DNA from: Octopus sinensis
Lineage: Eukaryota
Direction: 5' to 3'
Assembly: GCF_006345805.1 (NCBI RefSeq)
Contig: NC_043007.1
Coordinates: 3,224,001-3,288,000 of the forward strand
Length of the DNA: 64,000 nt
The notes beneath the pieces are model-generated. The model made no database searches. It was not told the DNA's origin and saw only the letters and a program-made list of their open reading frames with translations. Within the stretch, counting starts at the first letter, position 1. Each line of letters begins with the position of its first letter. Positions 1 through 12,044 of the stretch are shown piece by piece. The position numbers were made by a program, and so were the translations under genes.

Positions 1-67
1 TATATGTTTATAAATCTTCATATCCACGTGTCAGTGTTATCCTCTCAAAGAGTGTCCGTGTCTATGT

Positions 68-542
68 CATCATCATCATCATCATCATCATCATTTAGCG
101 TCCGCTTTCCATGCTAGCATGGGTTGGACGGTTCAACTGGGGTCCGGGAAGCCAGAAGGCTGCATCAGGCCAAGTCTGATCTGGCAGTGTTTCTACGGCT
201 GGATGCCCTTCTATAACGCCAACCACTCCGTGAGTGTAGTGGGTGCTTTTTACGTGCCACCCGCACAGGTGCCAGACGGAGCTGGCAAACGGCTACGAAC
301 GGATGGTGATTTTACGTGCCACCGGCACAGGGGCCAGGCGAGGCTGGCAACGGACACGAACGGATGGTGCTTTTACGCGCCACCGGTACGGGGCCAGGTG
401 AGGCTGGCAACGGACACGAGCGGATGGTGCTTTTTACGTGCCACCAGCACGAGGCCAGTCGATGGTTCTCTTACGTGCCACCGGCACTGGTAACTCAGCT
501 GCAATTTCCATTGATCGATTTCGATTCTGATCGTCACTTGCC
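68..542 (-). mobile_element. Retroposon 3' portion with (GAT)n tail and internal ~60-bp tandem units
   Basis: (CAT)n at 68-93 abuts a GC-rich body (tttagcgtccgctttccatgctagcatgggttggacgg...ctggatgccctt), as expected for the 3' end of a minus-strand retroposed copy; the 5' side ends at a fold-back. Confidence 0.6.
249..490 (+). repeat. Tandem ~60-bp minisatellite (3 full units plus partial units)
   Basis: Unit ttttacgtgccaccggcac.gggccaggcgaggctggcaacggacacgaacggatggtgc starts at ~249, 310, 370 and 430. Confidence 0.9.
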
Positions 543-562
543 TCAGAATCGAAATCGATCAA
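511..562. repeat. Perfect 20-bp inverted repeat with 12-nt loop
   Basis: ttgatcgatttcgattctga (511-530) and tcagaatcgaaatcgatcaa (543-562). Confidence 0.95.
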
Positions 563-767
563 ATATATATATATATATAAATTCATATACACAAATATAT
601 ATATATATATTTGTGTATATGAGTATATAAATGCATACGTATATGATGCACACATACATGCGTACTTATGTATGTATATATGTGTGTGTGTGTGAGTATG
701 TTTGTGTGTAATGTAAATTCTCAAATCTGTAGAGGTGTGTCAATTTCAGTTTCACTCTTTTTGATAT

Positions 768-769
<2 letters not shown>

Positions 770-815
<46 letters not shown>

Positions 816-990
816 AACAGATGGGTATGTAGGTAGGTAGGCAGAGAGACACATAGCTAGCTAGATGGATAGATAGAGAAAGAGGGCGGAGAGAGGGAGA
901 AAGAGAGAGAGAGAGAGGAGAAACAGAGAGAGAGGAGAAACAGAGAGAGAGGAGAAACAGAGAGAGAGGAGAAACAGAGAGAAGAGGAAA
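770..990. repeat. (GA)n microsatellite and gaggagaaacagaga minisatellite
   Basis: Directly visible purine-rich repeats. Confidence 0.9.
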
Positions 991-1476
991 CTAATTGAGG
1001 TGTAAGGAACAAAAATCGGAGGAGCAATTATAATGTATGTATGTTAAACATATTCAAGTTTATTTTACATTACACAAAAATATTCTACGATATATACTTA
1101 TATATACACATACGCATATACAAATATGCAAATGTGTGTATAAACCCATACATACATACATACATACATACATACATACATACATACATACATACATACA
1201 TACATACATACAGGTATATAGATTCACAAATTTATGATCAGCTACAATATATTTTCTAAATTTATTTTGTAATATAAGAAAGGCATTAATAATTAATATA
1301 TACATATGTGTCTATGTGTATATATATATCCATTTATTCTTTATTCGTTTATATATATATATATATATATATCTATATATATATATATATATATATACAT
1401 AATACATAATTATATACATATACATATACATATATATTATACATATATATACATACACACACACACACACACAACA

Positions 1477-1526
<50 letters not shown>

Positions 1527-1574
1527 TATAAGAGAGAGAGAGGGAGAGAGAGAGATTACTTTCTGAAGACTTTT

Positions 1575-1735
1575 ATGAGACAGTCAAATGACTTTCTGAT
1601 TTAGAAGACATTAAGCCTCCTGTAATTCCACTTCAATATCAGACGAATTATTAGCTGATCAAAACTGTTTTTATTAGGTTTAAATCTTTTAAAATGTAAG
1701 TGGTTATACTGTTCATTATACGATATACGACCATT
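1575..1735 (+). repeat. Old dispersed repeat; second copy at ~12115-12255
   Basis: Shared gaagacattaag...cagacgaat...atcaaaa.ctg.tttattagg...tatactgttcat in both loci. Confidence 0.6.
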
Positions 1736-2682
1736 AAAGCGACACGTTTTAAAGAGGTTTCGTCTACTTGTATAAAAGTTTTAGTCGCGTAATGTCGCAA
1801 TTTACGTGGTTTTAATTTCTCATGAGATTATTGAGAAAACAGAATTGGTAAATCTAAACAAACTTCTCGGCTGTATCAATGTACGTTTGGACTTGACTGT
1901 GTCGTTGCCCATTTCACTTACACTTTTGCACTTTTACATCTTCCACTCATATTTAGCGGTCATGCTGGAGCAGTGCTTTATATTTTAAGTTGAACAAATA
2001 AACCCCTGTACATATTTAAACTAATGTCAATATCCTCTTTTCTCAATATCTGTGTATTTGTATGTAAATATGCACATGTGTGTGTACCATGTCCAATATT
2101 ACTTTTATATGGTTGTAGAGAATGCTTTCAGATTAAACCTTACATTAATTAAAAGTGTCAATTTGGGTGGGGGGTGAGTTGTTGTTTACAAGATTTATAT
2201 TTTGCGATTTCGAACCCTCATCCTTTCGTGCAAGCTCCAGAATTCTGTCTAAGTTACACTCAGCTCCAGATTTCTGTGCAAGTTGATTTCAGCTCCAGAT
2301 ATAAAGTATTTGTCTCATACGTGTTTTAGTCATTAGACTCCGGCCATACAAGGGCTCAGTCATTATGGAGTTTTTTGCCCAAAATATCAATGCCAGTAAA
2401 TTTATAAATTGGTTTCAAATCTTATAATAATGAACAAGTAGCAAGATACATTTTCAACGCGTAAATACTGATAGAACTGCATAGATATGCTCTTCTATCA
2501 GTATTTACGCGTTGAAAAATATATCTTTCTATTTCCATTACTTACATTTGACGGATATTTGTCCTCATCTTGTTTGTTGTCAACGCAACGTTTCGGCTGA
2601 TATACTCCCCAGCCTTCATCAGGTGTCTTGGGGAATTTTCGAACCTGGGTTCTCATTCCCAAGGTGTTTTTCGATGTTGTTG

Positions 2683-2713
<31 letters not shown>

Positions 2714-2822
2714 ATTATTATTATTATCATCATTATCATTATTTCTACTTGTTCTACAACATATTTCAAAGCTTCAAATACAAACTCATGTTTGTTTAGA
2801 TATGACGTAACTTATAATAGAG

Positions 2823-3031
2823 ATTTCAAATTTTGGCAGAAGGCCAGGCATTTCGGGCGGGTGGATAAGTTGATTATATCGGGCTCAGTGTTCAACAGGT
2901 ACTTATTTCATCGACAGTGAAAGTATGAAATGCAAAGTCGACGCCGGCGGTATTTGAACTCTGAACTTAAAGTCAGGCGACATACCGCTAAACATTTCGC
3001 CCGGTGTGCTAACAATTGTGCCAGGTCACCG
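2823..3031 (-). mobile_element. SINE family A (tRNA head, Nin/Deu-like domain), degenerate
   Basis: Reverse complement contains gactttgcatttcatactttc...gtcgatgaaataagtacc, matching the intact copy at 31895-32125. Confidence 0.7.
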
Positions 3032-3055
3032 TCTTTTTAAGAAAGCTCTTATAGT

Positions 3056-3245
3056 CCTTTCTACTATAGGCACAAGTCCTGGATTTTGTGGGGAGAGGAC
3101 AGTCGATCACATCGATCCCACTACTCAACTGGTACTTGATTTATCGACCCCGAAAGGGTAAAAGGAAAAGCCGACCACGGCGGAATTTGAACTCAGAAAT
3201 ACGCTAAGCAATTTACCCGGTGTGCAAACGATTCTGCCAGCTCAT
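3056..3245 (-). mobile_element. SINE family A, degenerate
   Basis: ggtacttgatttatcgaccccgaaaggg...ggcggaatttgaactcag...ctgccagctc. Confidence 0.75.
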
Positions 3246-3480
3246 TGTGTTATTGTTTTAAACTCTTATACTAATGAGATTTATGACGAGGTTTGTATAT
3301 ATTCCCACAATGGCCTCCAGCAAATCTTTTCCGAAGTTAAATATAATAACGTTCCTGCCATTTCTTTATGATTATATGCACTTATTGTGCAAGATTTACT
3401 AAATTCGGTAGATACGGAATATAAGAATAGACAAAGCTTAAGTAACTGAGCTACATAAATTCTCGTAATGCAAGAAAATA

Positions 3481-4047
3481 TTGGGTTGTCCGGAAAGTTG
3501 TTGCCGATTTATAGTAGCCCTACCTTTCGACTTATTTTAGAACATGGTTGATTCCATAAAATAGGATTTGACTACACTTCCATTTAGAGCACAGTTTAAG
3601 TATCTTTTCGTGGAAGAAGGTTTATGTTCCTGTAACCTGTGTTAATTCTGTAACCCTTTAAAATGGAAGAAAAGAAAGTTCATTTTCGGCACTTGATGCT
3701 TTGGGAACCAGACAGAAATTGCTGCAGCTCGGGCTGGGATGTGTTACCCCATCCTCCATATTCACCAGATATTGCTCCTTCGGATTTCCACTTATTCAGG
3801 TCTCTGCAGAATAGTCTTAATGGTAAAAATTTCAATTCCTTGGATGACGTAAAAAGATACCTTGATGAATTCTTTGCCATGAAACCATCTCAATTCTGGG
3901 AAGAGGGTATTTTCAAGTTAAAGGAAAGATGGAGATGCATTGTGCAACAAAATGGTTCATATTTAGTTGATTAAAAATGTAATGGCAAGTATTTATTAAC
4001 CTTTTTCTTTCTTTAAAAAATCGACATGACCTTTTCGGACAACCCAA
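3481..4047 (+). mobile_element. Internally deleted mariner transposon (mellifera-like)
   Basis: ~30-bp TIRs ttgggttgtccggaaagttgttgccgattt / aaatcgacatgaccttttcggacaacccaa; TA on the left, CA (probably mutated TA) on the right. Confidence 0.92.
3663..3974 (+). pseudogene. Mariner transposase remnant: N-terminus joined to catalytic C-terminus
   Basis: MEEKKVHFRHLML joined to GWDVLPHPPYSPDIAPSDFHLFRSL...; YSPDxAPSD is the mariner motif carrying the third Asp of DD34D. The HTH domain and first two Asp residues are deleted. Confidence 0.9.
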
Positions 4048-4076
4048 CATGTGGTTGTATTATAATACGCAAATAG

Positions 4077-4250
4077 GCATTGCGCGGGCAGAAGCGTTCA
4101 CGTGCCGGAGAAAATGCTCAGCGGTAATTTTTTCGGCCTTCCATTCTGCACTCAAGGGTTGACTGTGATTTCATCTTTTCGGGTTCGATAAATTAAATAA
4201 CAGTTGAGAACTAAGATCGATGTAATGAATTAAACCCCTCCCCTCAAAAT
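4077..4250 (+). mobile_element. SINE family A, highly degenerate
   Basis: ggcagaagcgtt...aaaatgctcagcggta...tttcatcttttcgggttcgataaattaa. Confidence 0.55.
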
Positions 4251-4508
4251 AGCAGAAAAAGTATATCATAATATACGAATAATAAAACAGCATTTTGTCA
4301 GAAAATATAATTACCCTGTTGTCGTTTCAATGAAAATATTGAGATTTTTTTCGTCTTCTTTGCCGCTTCTTTTTCTCGACATGCTGTGTGTTATGCATGA
4401 CGGGAAGTGTCGATATGTAACAAACACTACATGTGTATTAAATTGTATAAATGGATTTTTTTTCAGGTTTGGAGCCTATTACTTCAGCGGAAATAAATTC
4501 ACAGGAAA

Positions 4509-4569
<61 letters not shown>

Positions 4570-4751
4570 TGTGTGTGTGTGTGTGTGTGTGGTGTGTGTG
4601 TGTGTGGTGTGTGTGTGTGTGTGTGTGTGAGTGCGTTCGGGTTTAGTGTATGTGTGTGCTGAGAGAGAGATCTCTGACAAAATTGACAACTAAAACCAGT
4701 TTGTGTGCGTATGTATGTATGTGTGCAAGTGTGTGTTTGTAGGCGAGGGCG

Positions 4752-4916
4752 TATATGTGTGTGTGTGTGTATGTGTGTGTGTATATGTATGTGCATACAT
4801 ATATAGAAAAATCAATGAACTCCTACGCACAACATTGACACATATACATTTGTATGAACGTATATGTTAGTTTATATTCGAAGATTAATACGTTTATATA
4901 TATAAACATATATCGA

Positions 4917-4954
<38 letters not shown>

Positions 4955-4957
4955 AAC

Positions 4958-4998
<41 letters not shown>

Positions 4999-5303
4999 GG
5001 CATATGATATATCATACACACACACACACATATATATATATACTACCTATAAATACACATATGTATACATATAATATACACGTATATATTCATATAATAT
5101 ACACATATATATATTATATATATATATATGTGTGTGTGTGTGTATGTGTGTGTGTATATGTATGTGCATACATATATAGAAAAATCAATGAACCCCTACG
5201 CACAACATGACACATATACATTTGTATGAACGTATATGTTAGTTTATATTCGAAGATTAATACGTTTATATATATAAACATATATCGAGACATATATATA
5301 TAT
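4752..5303 (+). repeat. Local direct duplication of a ~180-bp block (copies at ~4752-4935 and ~5125-5303)
   Basis: gcatacatatatagaaaaatcaatgaac.cctacgcacaacat...tcgaagattaatacgttt...tcgagacat occurs twice, nearly identical, separated by TA/CA microsatellite. Confidence 0.9.
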
Positions 5304-5307
5304 ACAT

Positions 5308-5352
<45 letters not shown>

Positions 5353-5709
5353 TACGTTGATATACGCACAGTTATACGCCCGTATAAGGGAATGTAAGTG
5401 TTCATACATGGGCGTTCATATGTGAAATTTATACTCTGTGTATTCTATCGAATTGGGAATCAATCCAAGTGTTAGAATGATGAATAAGTTAAAAAGTATT
5501 AAAAACTGATACAAAACTCGTCGGAGTAAAATTCCTGAGGCTAATGATTATAAAGTTATAGAGAGAAAGTAAGGTATTAGCATTCAGATAATAAATATAG
5601 CAAGAATATGAATTAATGGGGTAGTCGTGAATATATAACAGGTAGAGAGTTTAGTAAGATGTGTCATTATGTAACGTTAAAATGTATAGAAATAATAGAG
5701 AAAATACGT

Positions 5710-5768
<59 letters not shown>

Positions 5769-5996
5769 AAAGATAGATATAGATGTATGTATATATATAT
5801 ATATATACACATATATCTATATACACACATACACGTATGTATACGCAGACACTCATACACACACACGTACGCACACACTTTCTCTCTCTCACACACACAT
5901 ATAAGGGGTGCAAAATTCGGTATACAGTAAATATCATACCAATAGTATAATTCATAATTCCTTAAAATTATTAGCAAATTAAATTAGTTAGCCTCA

Positions 5997-6047
<51 letters not shown>

Positions 6048-6128
6048 ATAATAAATATTAGGGAATAAATCCAAATTTACAGGGAAAAAAATCAGATTTA
6101 TGATTAAATCGATTTTATCGTAAAATAT

Positions 6129-6453
6129 TATAAAATATTATTCGAGACAAAACCACTATTTTGCAAAACAAACAAGGAAAGACTTAATCAATACATAAAA
6201 TTTTAATAAATAGTCAAAAAAACGCCACTACAATCGTTCTTGTCTTGATCGACAATCTTCAGGTGGACTTCCAATAATTCAGTGTCAAATTATGAAGTTA
6301 ATTTGACACTGAATTATTGGAAGTCCACCTGAAGATTGTCGATCAAGACAAGAAACGATTGTAGTGGCGGTTTTTTTGACTATTTATTAAAATTTTATGT
6401 ATTGATTAAGTCTTTCCTTGTTGTTTTGCAAAATAGTGGTTTTGTCTCGAATA

Positions 6454-6463
<10 letters not shown>
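6129..6463. repeat. Near-perfect fold-back palindrome, probably a PLE terminal repeat
   Basis: Arms 6129-6292 and 6299-6463, 6-nt loop tgaagt; I find only three 1-nt indels between arms. Confidence 0.95.
6325..6367 (+). ncRNA. Minimal type I hammerhead ribozyme motif, canonical core
   Basis: ccac-CUGAAGA-uuguc(gaucaa)gacaa-GAAA-cgauug-UA-gugg; stem I 4 bp, stem II 5 bp, near-palindromic stem III ACGAUUGU; predicted cut after GUA at 6363. Confidence 0.75.
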
Positions 6464-6537
<74 letters not shown>

Positions 6538-6540
<3 letters not shown>

Positions 6541-6895
6541 TCAGCGGACTCTCGGTCGTGTGGTCGTGGTTTCGATTCCTAGACCGAGCGTTGTGAGTGT
6601 TTATTGAGCGAAAACACCTAAAACTCCACGAGGCTCAGGTAGAGGCTGGTGGCGACCCCTGTTGTACTCTTTCACCACAGCTTTTTCTCACTCTTTCTAC
6701 CATTTTCTGTTGTACCTGTATTTCAAAGGGCCAGCCTTGTCACACACTGTATCATGCTGAATCTCCTGGAGAACTACGTTAAGGGTACACATGTATGTGG
6801 AGTACTCACCCACTTACGCGTTAATTTCACAAGCAGGCTGTTCTGTTGATCGGATCAACTGGAACCCACCCCTCGTAGTAACCGACGGAGTGCCA
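6538..6895 (+). mobile_element. SINE family C head plus tail T1
   Basis: gcggactc..ggtttcgattcc.agaccg.gcgttgtgagtgtttattgagcgaaaacacc head, then gttaagggtac...gtaaccgacggagtgcc tail. Confidence 0.85.
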
Positions 6896-9099
6896 TGATA
6901 TATATATATAGATATAGGTAGATATGGGTGTGTATATATGTATATATTTATATCAAAATAAGCAATTTATATAATATTTTTAAAAGTAAAAATGAAAATA
7001 TAAGAATATCAATAAAATATAGAAGATAATAAGTAACAGATACATAATAGCGGACAAATTTTGGTGGCATTGTGTGAAAGAATATAAAATCATATATTAT
7101 GAAGGGTTATATAATAGTGATATCAAAACTTGAGACTACATTGAATTCAGTTTTAGGTTAAGGGTCAACAGATAGGAATAGTGAGGTGAACATAGTGTTA
7201 ATGTGTAGGTAAGATAAGATCAGAATTCTGTAGCAAAATATAAAGAACCAACGAAACAAGTGATAAAACACAAAGTTGGCGACAATGAAATATGATGAAA
7301 GCGGTGGCGGACTTGTGTGAAAGGTGAAAACGTAATATTGGGTGAATAGAAAATAGTGTGAAGTATATTATGGAAGGCGTCTGGGTTTTTGCAGTATTGC
7401 TCGGCGGTGAGAATAATTTTAAAACTTGTTTGGTTTGAAGATTTTATCTGAACCTAGGAAGCCAGCAGAAAATGTCTGTTGTGTGAATTTGCATCAGCGA
7501 AGAGACTTTGAAGGAGATTTTCAGAAATCAACACTTAGATTATTTCCATTATTGGCATGACTTGTACTTGGCTTCTTATGTCTGAGTGGTTCTCAATATT
7601 TTCAACTTCATGTTATGGAGCATAATTCTTGAATGCAAAGCCTATAACTAGCTAAGTAATGAAGCATATTATGCCCTCTTCATTTGCAAAATATTTCGAT
7701 GAGTTGGCAGTATTTTCTTTCGAATGGGTTGGTTTCAAATCGATATAAGATGGCGGTGTGTGATTTGCTCGCATCGATGGTCATTGCACTACATTATTCG
7801 ATCCTACTTCAGTCCCCGTTTAAACGACAAAATGAAAGGTTGTAGCAATTACAAGCACTTAAACATACGACACGATTTTGTTAATTGGGCTTATATAAAG
7901 TTTGATAAATTAGAATTCATAGTAGTCTGTACGTAATTAATTCTATCATAGACTGCGGTATATTTCTTAAAACAGATCATAGCGAACCACAACACCTTTC
8001 TCCGTATATAACTCTAAACATTATATCTTATTTACATGAAATTACTTTTACACTTCTCAAATAAATTTCCCACTTCATTCTTCAGACTTAATTTCAATTT
8101 TAATGTGAAATATGTCGTATGTTTATTCATAATTTCTATTACATTTACATAAATTTCTTATAGACTCCCCATTATTATCTCTTCATTAATATCGCTTGTC
8201 CTCTTAAATAATCAAATTCATTTATTCATTTTTATAAATCGTTGCACAAAACTCACGACTTCACACATTTACAAACCCCGCCGCTCCCCCATGTGGGTCA
8301 GGCACTGATCTCTACTTTATTCTTTATTTTCATTATCTAATATTAACATTATCAACTTTTTTGTTTTACTTATGGGTTTTTACCGACATTGTTTGAACTT
8401 TTAACACATTGCTTCATATTACATATATTCTTCAAATTTTGGGCTTTGATATATAAGGCAGTCAAGAAAACTGATCAAAAGCCATTCTCGAGCCATGATG
8501 TGCAACTTATATACATATATATGCATGTTTCTATGTGTTTCTGTGTATGCGCGGGTTCGCGTCTGCTTGTAGACGTCCTCGTTTTACCATCTAAAGATAT
8601 TTACCATCTAAGGGTTTTGAAACAAATATTCATTATTTAGTGATTTACTTCATATATTTATGTGTGTCCGTGTGTGTGTGTATGCGCGTCTGTGTCTGTG
8701 CATGTATACATATATATATATATATTTATATTTACGTTTATGAAATTGTGTTGCAAGACAACTGATGTGAACTAGTATGTTAAAACAGATATTCTATTTC
8801 GGGACAGTCATTTCTTTTTTTTGCCAAATAAACATAAATAATATGAGTTAGAATAAAAACATAATAAGAAACGAGTGAAGAACAAATATACAGTGACACA
8901 ATCCACAGCATAAATATTCCTTCCTCCAGGGGTTTCCTTCAAGAAAAGCACATTTAAATTCCAGATGAGTACTGACGAGCAAGTTAAACACACATATACA
9001 CACACGTATGAGTAAGAATATATATGTTTTTCTGTGTATGTGTGTGTAAACGTGGGCGTTTGTGTATATGTGTGTGTCTAAATATATATATATATATAT

Positions 9100-9271
9100 T
9101 CGCCATGATAGATCTTTATTTTCTCTTCTTTATTTTCTCTCCTTGTTTCTTTCTGTGTTCCTTTCTGTAGAAGAGCGTAGGCTCGAAACGTTAAAGACAT
9201 TTTCACTTCCCGAGAGTTATACTAATACATCTGTTTGTTCTCTACACCACCTGCCTTCGTCTTTTGTTTTT

Positions 9272-9287
<16 letters not shown>
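9100..9287 (+). mobile_element. Dispersed repeat, putative PLE terminal repeat; second copy at ~54135-54275
   Basis: Shared ttctgtgttcc.ttctgt.ga.gagcgtaggctcgaaacgt...ctaata...cacc.gccttc.tcttttgtttt...aattctc. Confidence 0.7.
9161..9196 (+). ncRNA. Minimal hammerhead-like motif with A6U core variant
   Basis: cuuu-CUGUAGA-a-gagc(guag)gcuc-GAAA-cg-UU-aaag; palindromic ACGU stem III. Confidence 0.5.
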
Positions 9288-9357
<70 letters not shown>

Positions 9358-9361
9358 TATA

Positions 9362-9572
9362 AATGCGCCCTCTTAAAGCCTAACCGGTCTCATGGACCCG
9401 GTTTCCATGGCGTATGTGTTCCCAAACTGGACGGGATGCCAGTCCATCGCAGCGTTACTCATTTTTGCCAACTGAGTGGAACAACGTGAAATGAAGTGTT
9501 TTGCTCAAGAACACAACGCGTCGCCCATTCCAGGAATCGAAACCACAATCTTACGACCATGATGCTGACACC
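9362..9572 (-). mobile_element. SINE family D head (5'-truncated) plus tail T2
   Basis: Reverse complement has gcgttgtgttcttgagcaaaacacttcatttcacgttg...ggcaaaaatgagtaacgctgcgatggactggcatcccgtccag. Confidence 0.85.
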
Positions 9573-9576
9573 ATAT

Positions 9577-9648
<72 letters not shown>

Positions 9649-10721
9649 CATTATATGTACATTATGTATACAAAATACATGCATATATAAGGGTAACCAG
9701 GTATTTTATTTTTCATATACCTTCTATAAACTACGTATTGTGGTCGTTTTAATGAAAGTCGTCTCTTACTTTTCATATGAGAGATATTTACGGTTTGATC
9801 AGAATATTAAAGTTCACAAACTTATAAATATTTCTAGATTTTCATAGTGTCATCTCGATAAAGTGATTCTTTGATGCTGGTGCGTGTTGCTGCATTATTA
9901 TTTTATACAAGTCCCGTGTGTCTACTGAAGCTATTCACGCCGAATTTGGATTTTAGATCACTAGGTGTACACTCCATCAGTCAGGCATTCGTTTTTGATT
10001 ATGACTGGCGTAAGTATGGTATTTGCTTATTTTAGTATATGAAATGTTACGTATATTTATCCCATCATTTCACTACAATGAATTTTATTACACAAAACAC
10101 AAAACTATTTCGAAATGAATTAGAAAACCAAATATCGATACTATACAAAAAAAAAAAATTCCCCCGAAATGGAGGATTAATGATAAAAGAAATGAAGTAA
10201 TGTTCATAACACACCAAGATGCTAAAAATAATCCCACAGATAACGAAACTAGACAGAAGCAACCAAAAAAAAAATATCAAAAATGATAAAGTAGATAACG
10301 AATAAATCTTCTGGTCAAGACACAACACGTTCCAGCTGTAAAGTCAACATCGTTCACACTGACTCACCCTCCTTCTCTCGAGAAGCAGCAATACACATCA
10401 TAACTTCTTCATTGAAAAGATAAGAAGATTTAGAAACGTTGATGATGCTTGGGCAAGTTTATCTTTCCGAAGAAAAAACAAAAGAAAAAAAAGGAAGTTA
10501 GAAGCTGCAAGGAAGTTATGAGTGCCGGGAAAAAGAAAGCCTTTTAAAATGTATATATATATATATATATATATATACATAGGTATGTGTACAGAGATAG
10601 ATATAATTCTAGATTTTGAAGGGCCCAAGTATGTTTACCAACGTTTGCTGGATTCGAACATAGTGTATGCTGCAAGCCGAAAAGCTTCACTATATATATA
10701 TGTGTGTGCGTGTGTGTGTGT

Positions 10722-10788
<67 letters not shown>

Positions 10789-10805
10789 TGTGTGTATGTG
10801 TGAGC

Positions 10806-11010
10806 GGAGGCGTAATGGCCCAGTGGTCTGGACAGCGGACTCGCGGTCGGAGGATCGCGGTTTCGATTCCCAGACCGGGCGTCGTGTATGTTTATTAAGC
10901 GAAAACACCTAAAGCTCCACGAGGCTCCGGCGGGGAGTGGTGGCGACCCCTGTTGTATTCTTTAAACCCAACTTTCTCTCACTCTTTCTCCCTGTTTCTT
11001 AGTAACGCTG
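10806..11010 (+). mobile_element. SINE family C
   Basis: ggaggcgtaatggcccagtggtctggacagcggactcgcggtcggaggatcgcggtttcgattccc tRNA-like head with A and B boxes. Confidence 0.9.
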
Positions 11011-11187
11011 CTAAAATGGATTGGTATACAAATAAAAAACGAGCTACTTTTTGACAATGTGCCTGAGGACCCACATCTGCTTGTACAGCATTTCACCTCC
11101 GAGTTACCGGTGCACAATTAGGCGAAACGATCGTAGTGGAAAAAGATTCTTCTGAATTTCATTTTCTTCCCCTCATATTTTCATATA

Positions 11188-11680
11188 TATATAAATGGCA
11201 AATGAAAGAGGGAAGATGGAATATACGAGAACTTATTATTAATCACGACAAGTGTTTCGATACATCTAGCATCGATTCCTCGTGGGTTGGACAGTCACCA
11301 ACTGGTTCAGGAGCATCCGGTGGTGCAGATGTATCTCGTCAGATGCTAAATAAATACTTTTCTCTATGGATTGCGTGTTCGTTTCTCTTCTTGCCATCTG
11401 TGGTTTTATGCTTGGTCTTCTAAATAAATGAAGATATTTCCTCCGTCTGGTTGCTTTACTTTCCACACAATAAGAAGTTACATTGTGAAACAGTTATTTT
11501 AACGAGTTGTATTTATTTACAACTCAACCAAATACATCTGCACCGCCGGGTGCTCCTAAATCAGTCGTTGAGTGCCCCACCCGTGAAGAATCTATGCTAG
11601 ATGTCTCGAAACGAGTGTCGTGTTTATTAAAAATAAGTTTTCCTATATTCCATCTTCCGTCTTTCATTTGCCATATACAT
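11188..11680. repeat. Diverged inverted repeat, ~145-bp arms and ~197-bp spacer
   Basis: atggcaaatgaaaga.ggaagatgga...ggtgcagatgtat (to ~11334) versus atacatctgcacc...ccatcttcc.tctttcatttgccat (from ~11532). Confidence 0.9.
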
Positions 11681-12005
11681 AACGATTAATGTGAAAGTGA
11701 CCGTGCTTTACCAGTAAGATACCAGGTGTAAACCATTCGCTTTATTATGTGTGTGTGTGTGTGACACAGAAAGAGAAATAAAATTTTAATTTGGCTTTCG
11801 TTCGCCCAAGGTTATAGTTGGAGACGCCCAATATGCTACCCAAAATACACATATGTCGACTTACCTACCTGGCTACCTACCCATCCGATAACACATATAT
11901 ACATACATATATACACACGCACATATTGTATATTTCCAAATGCCTGGCACTTTATTCATTTTACTATTATGGTGCATTACACATAAGTGTACTCGAGTGT
12001 GTGAG

Positions 12006-12044
<39 letters not shown>

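Noticed and set aside
119-630. 124-aa and 104-aa ORFs, and a CRISPR-like appearance of the repeats
   Set aside because: The ORFs arise from the 60-bp tandem units of a retroposon; the units have no unique spacers and no cas genes are present.
10060-10480. A-rich stretch that might be a decayed Penelope ORF
   Set aside because: Too many stops and frameshifts; I could read no diagnostic RT or GIY-YIG motif.
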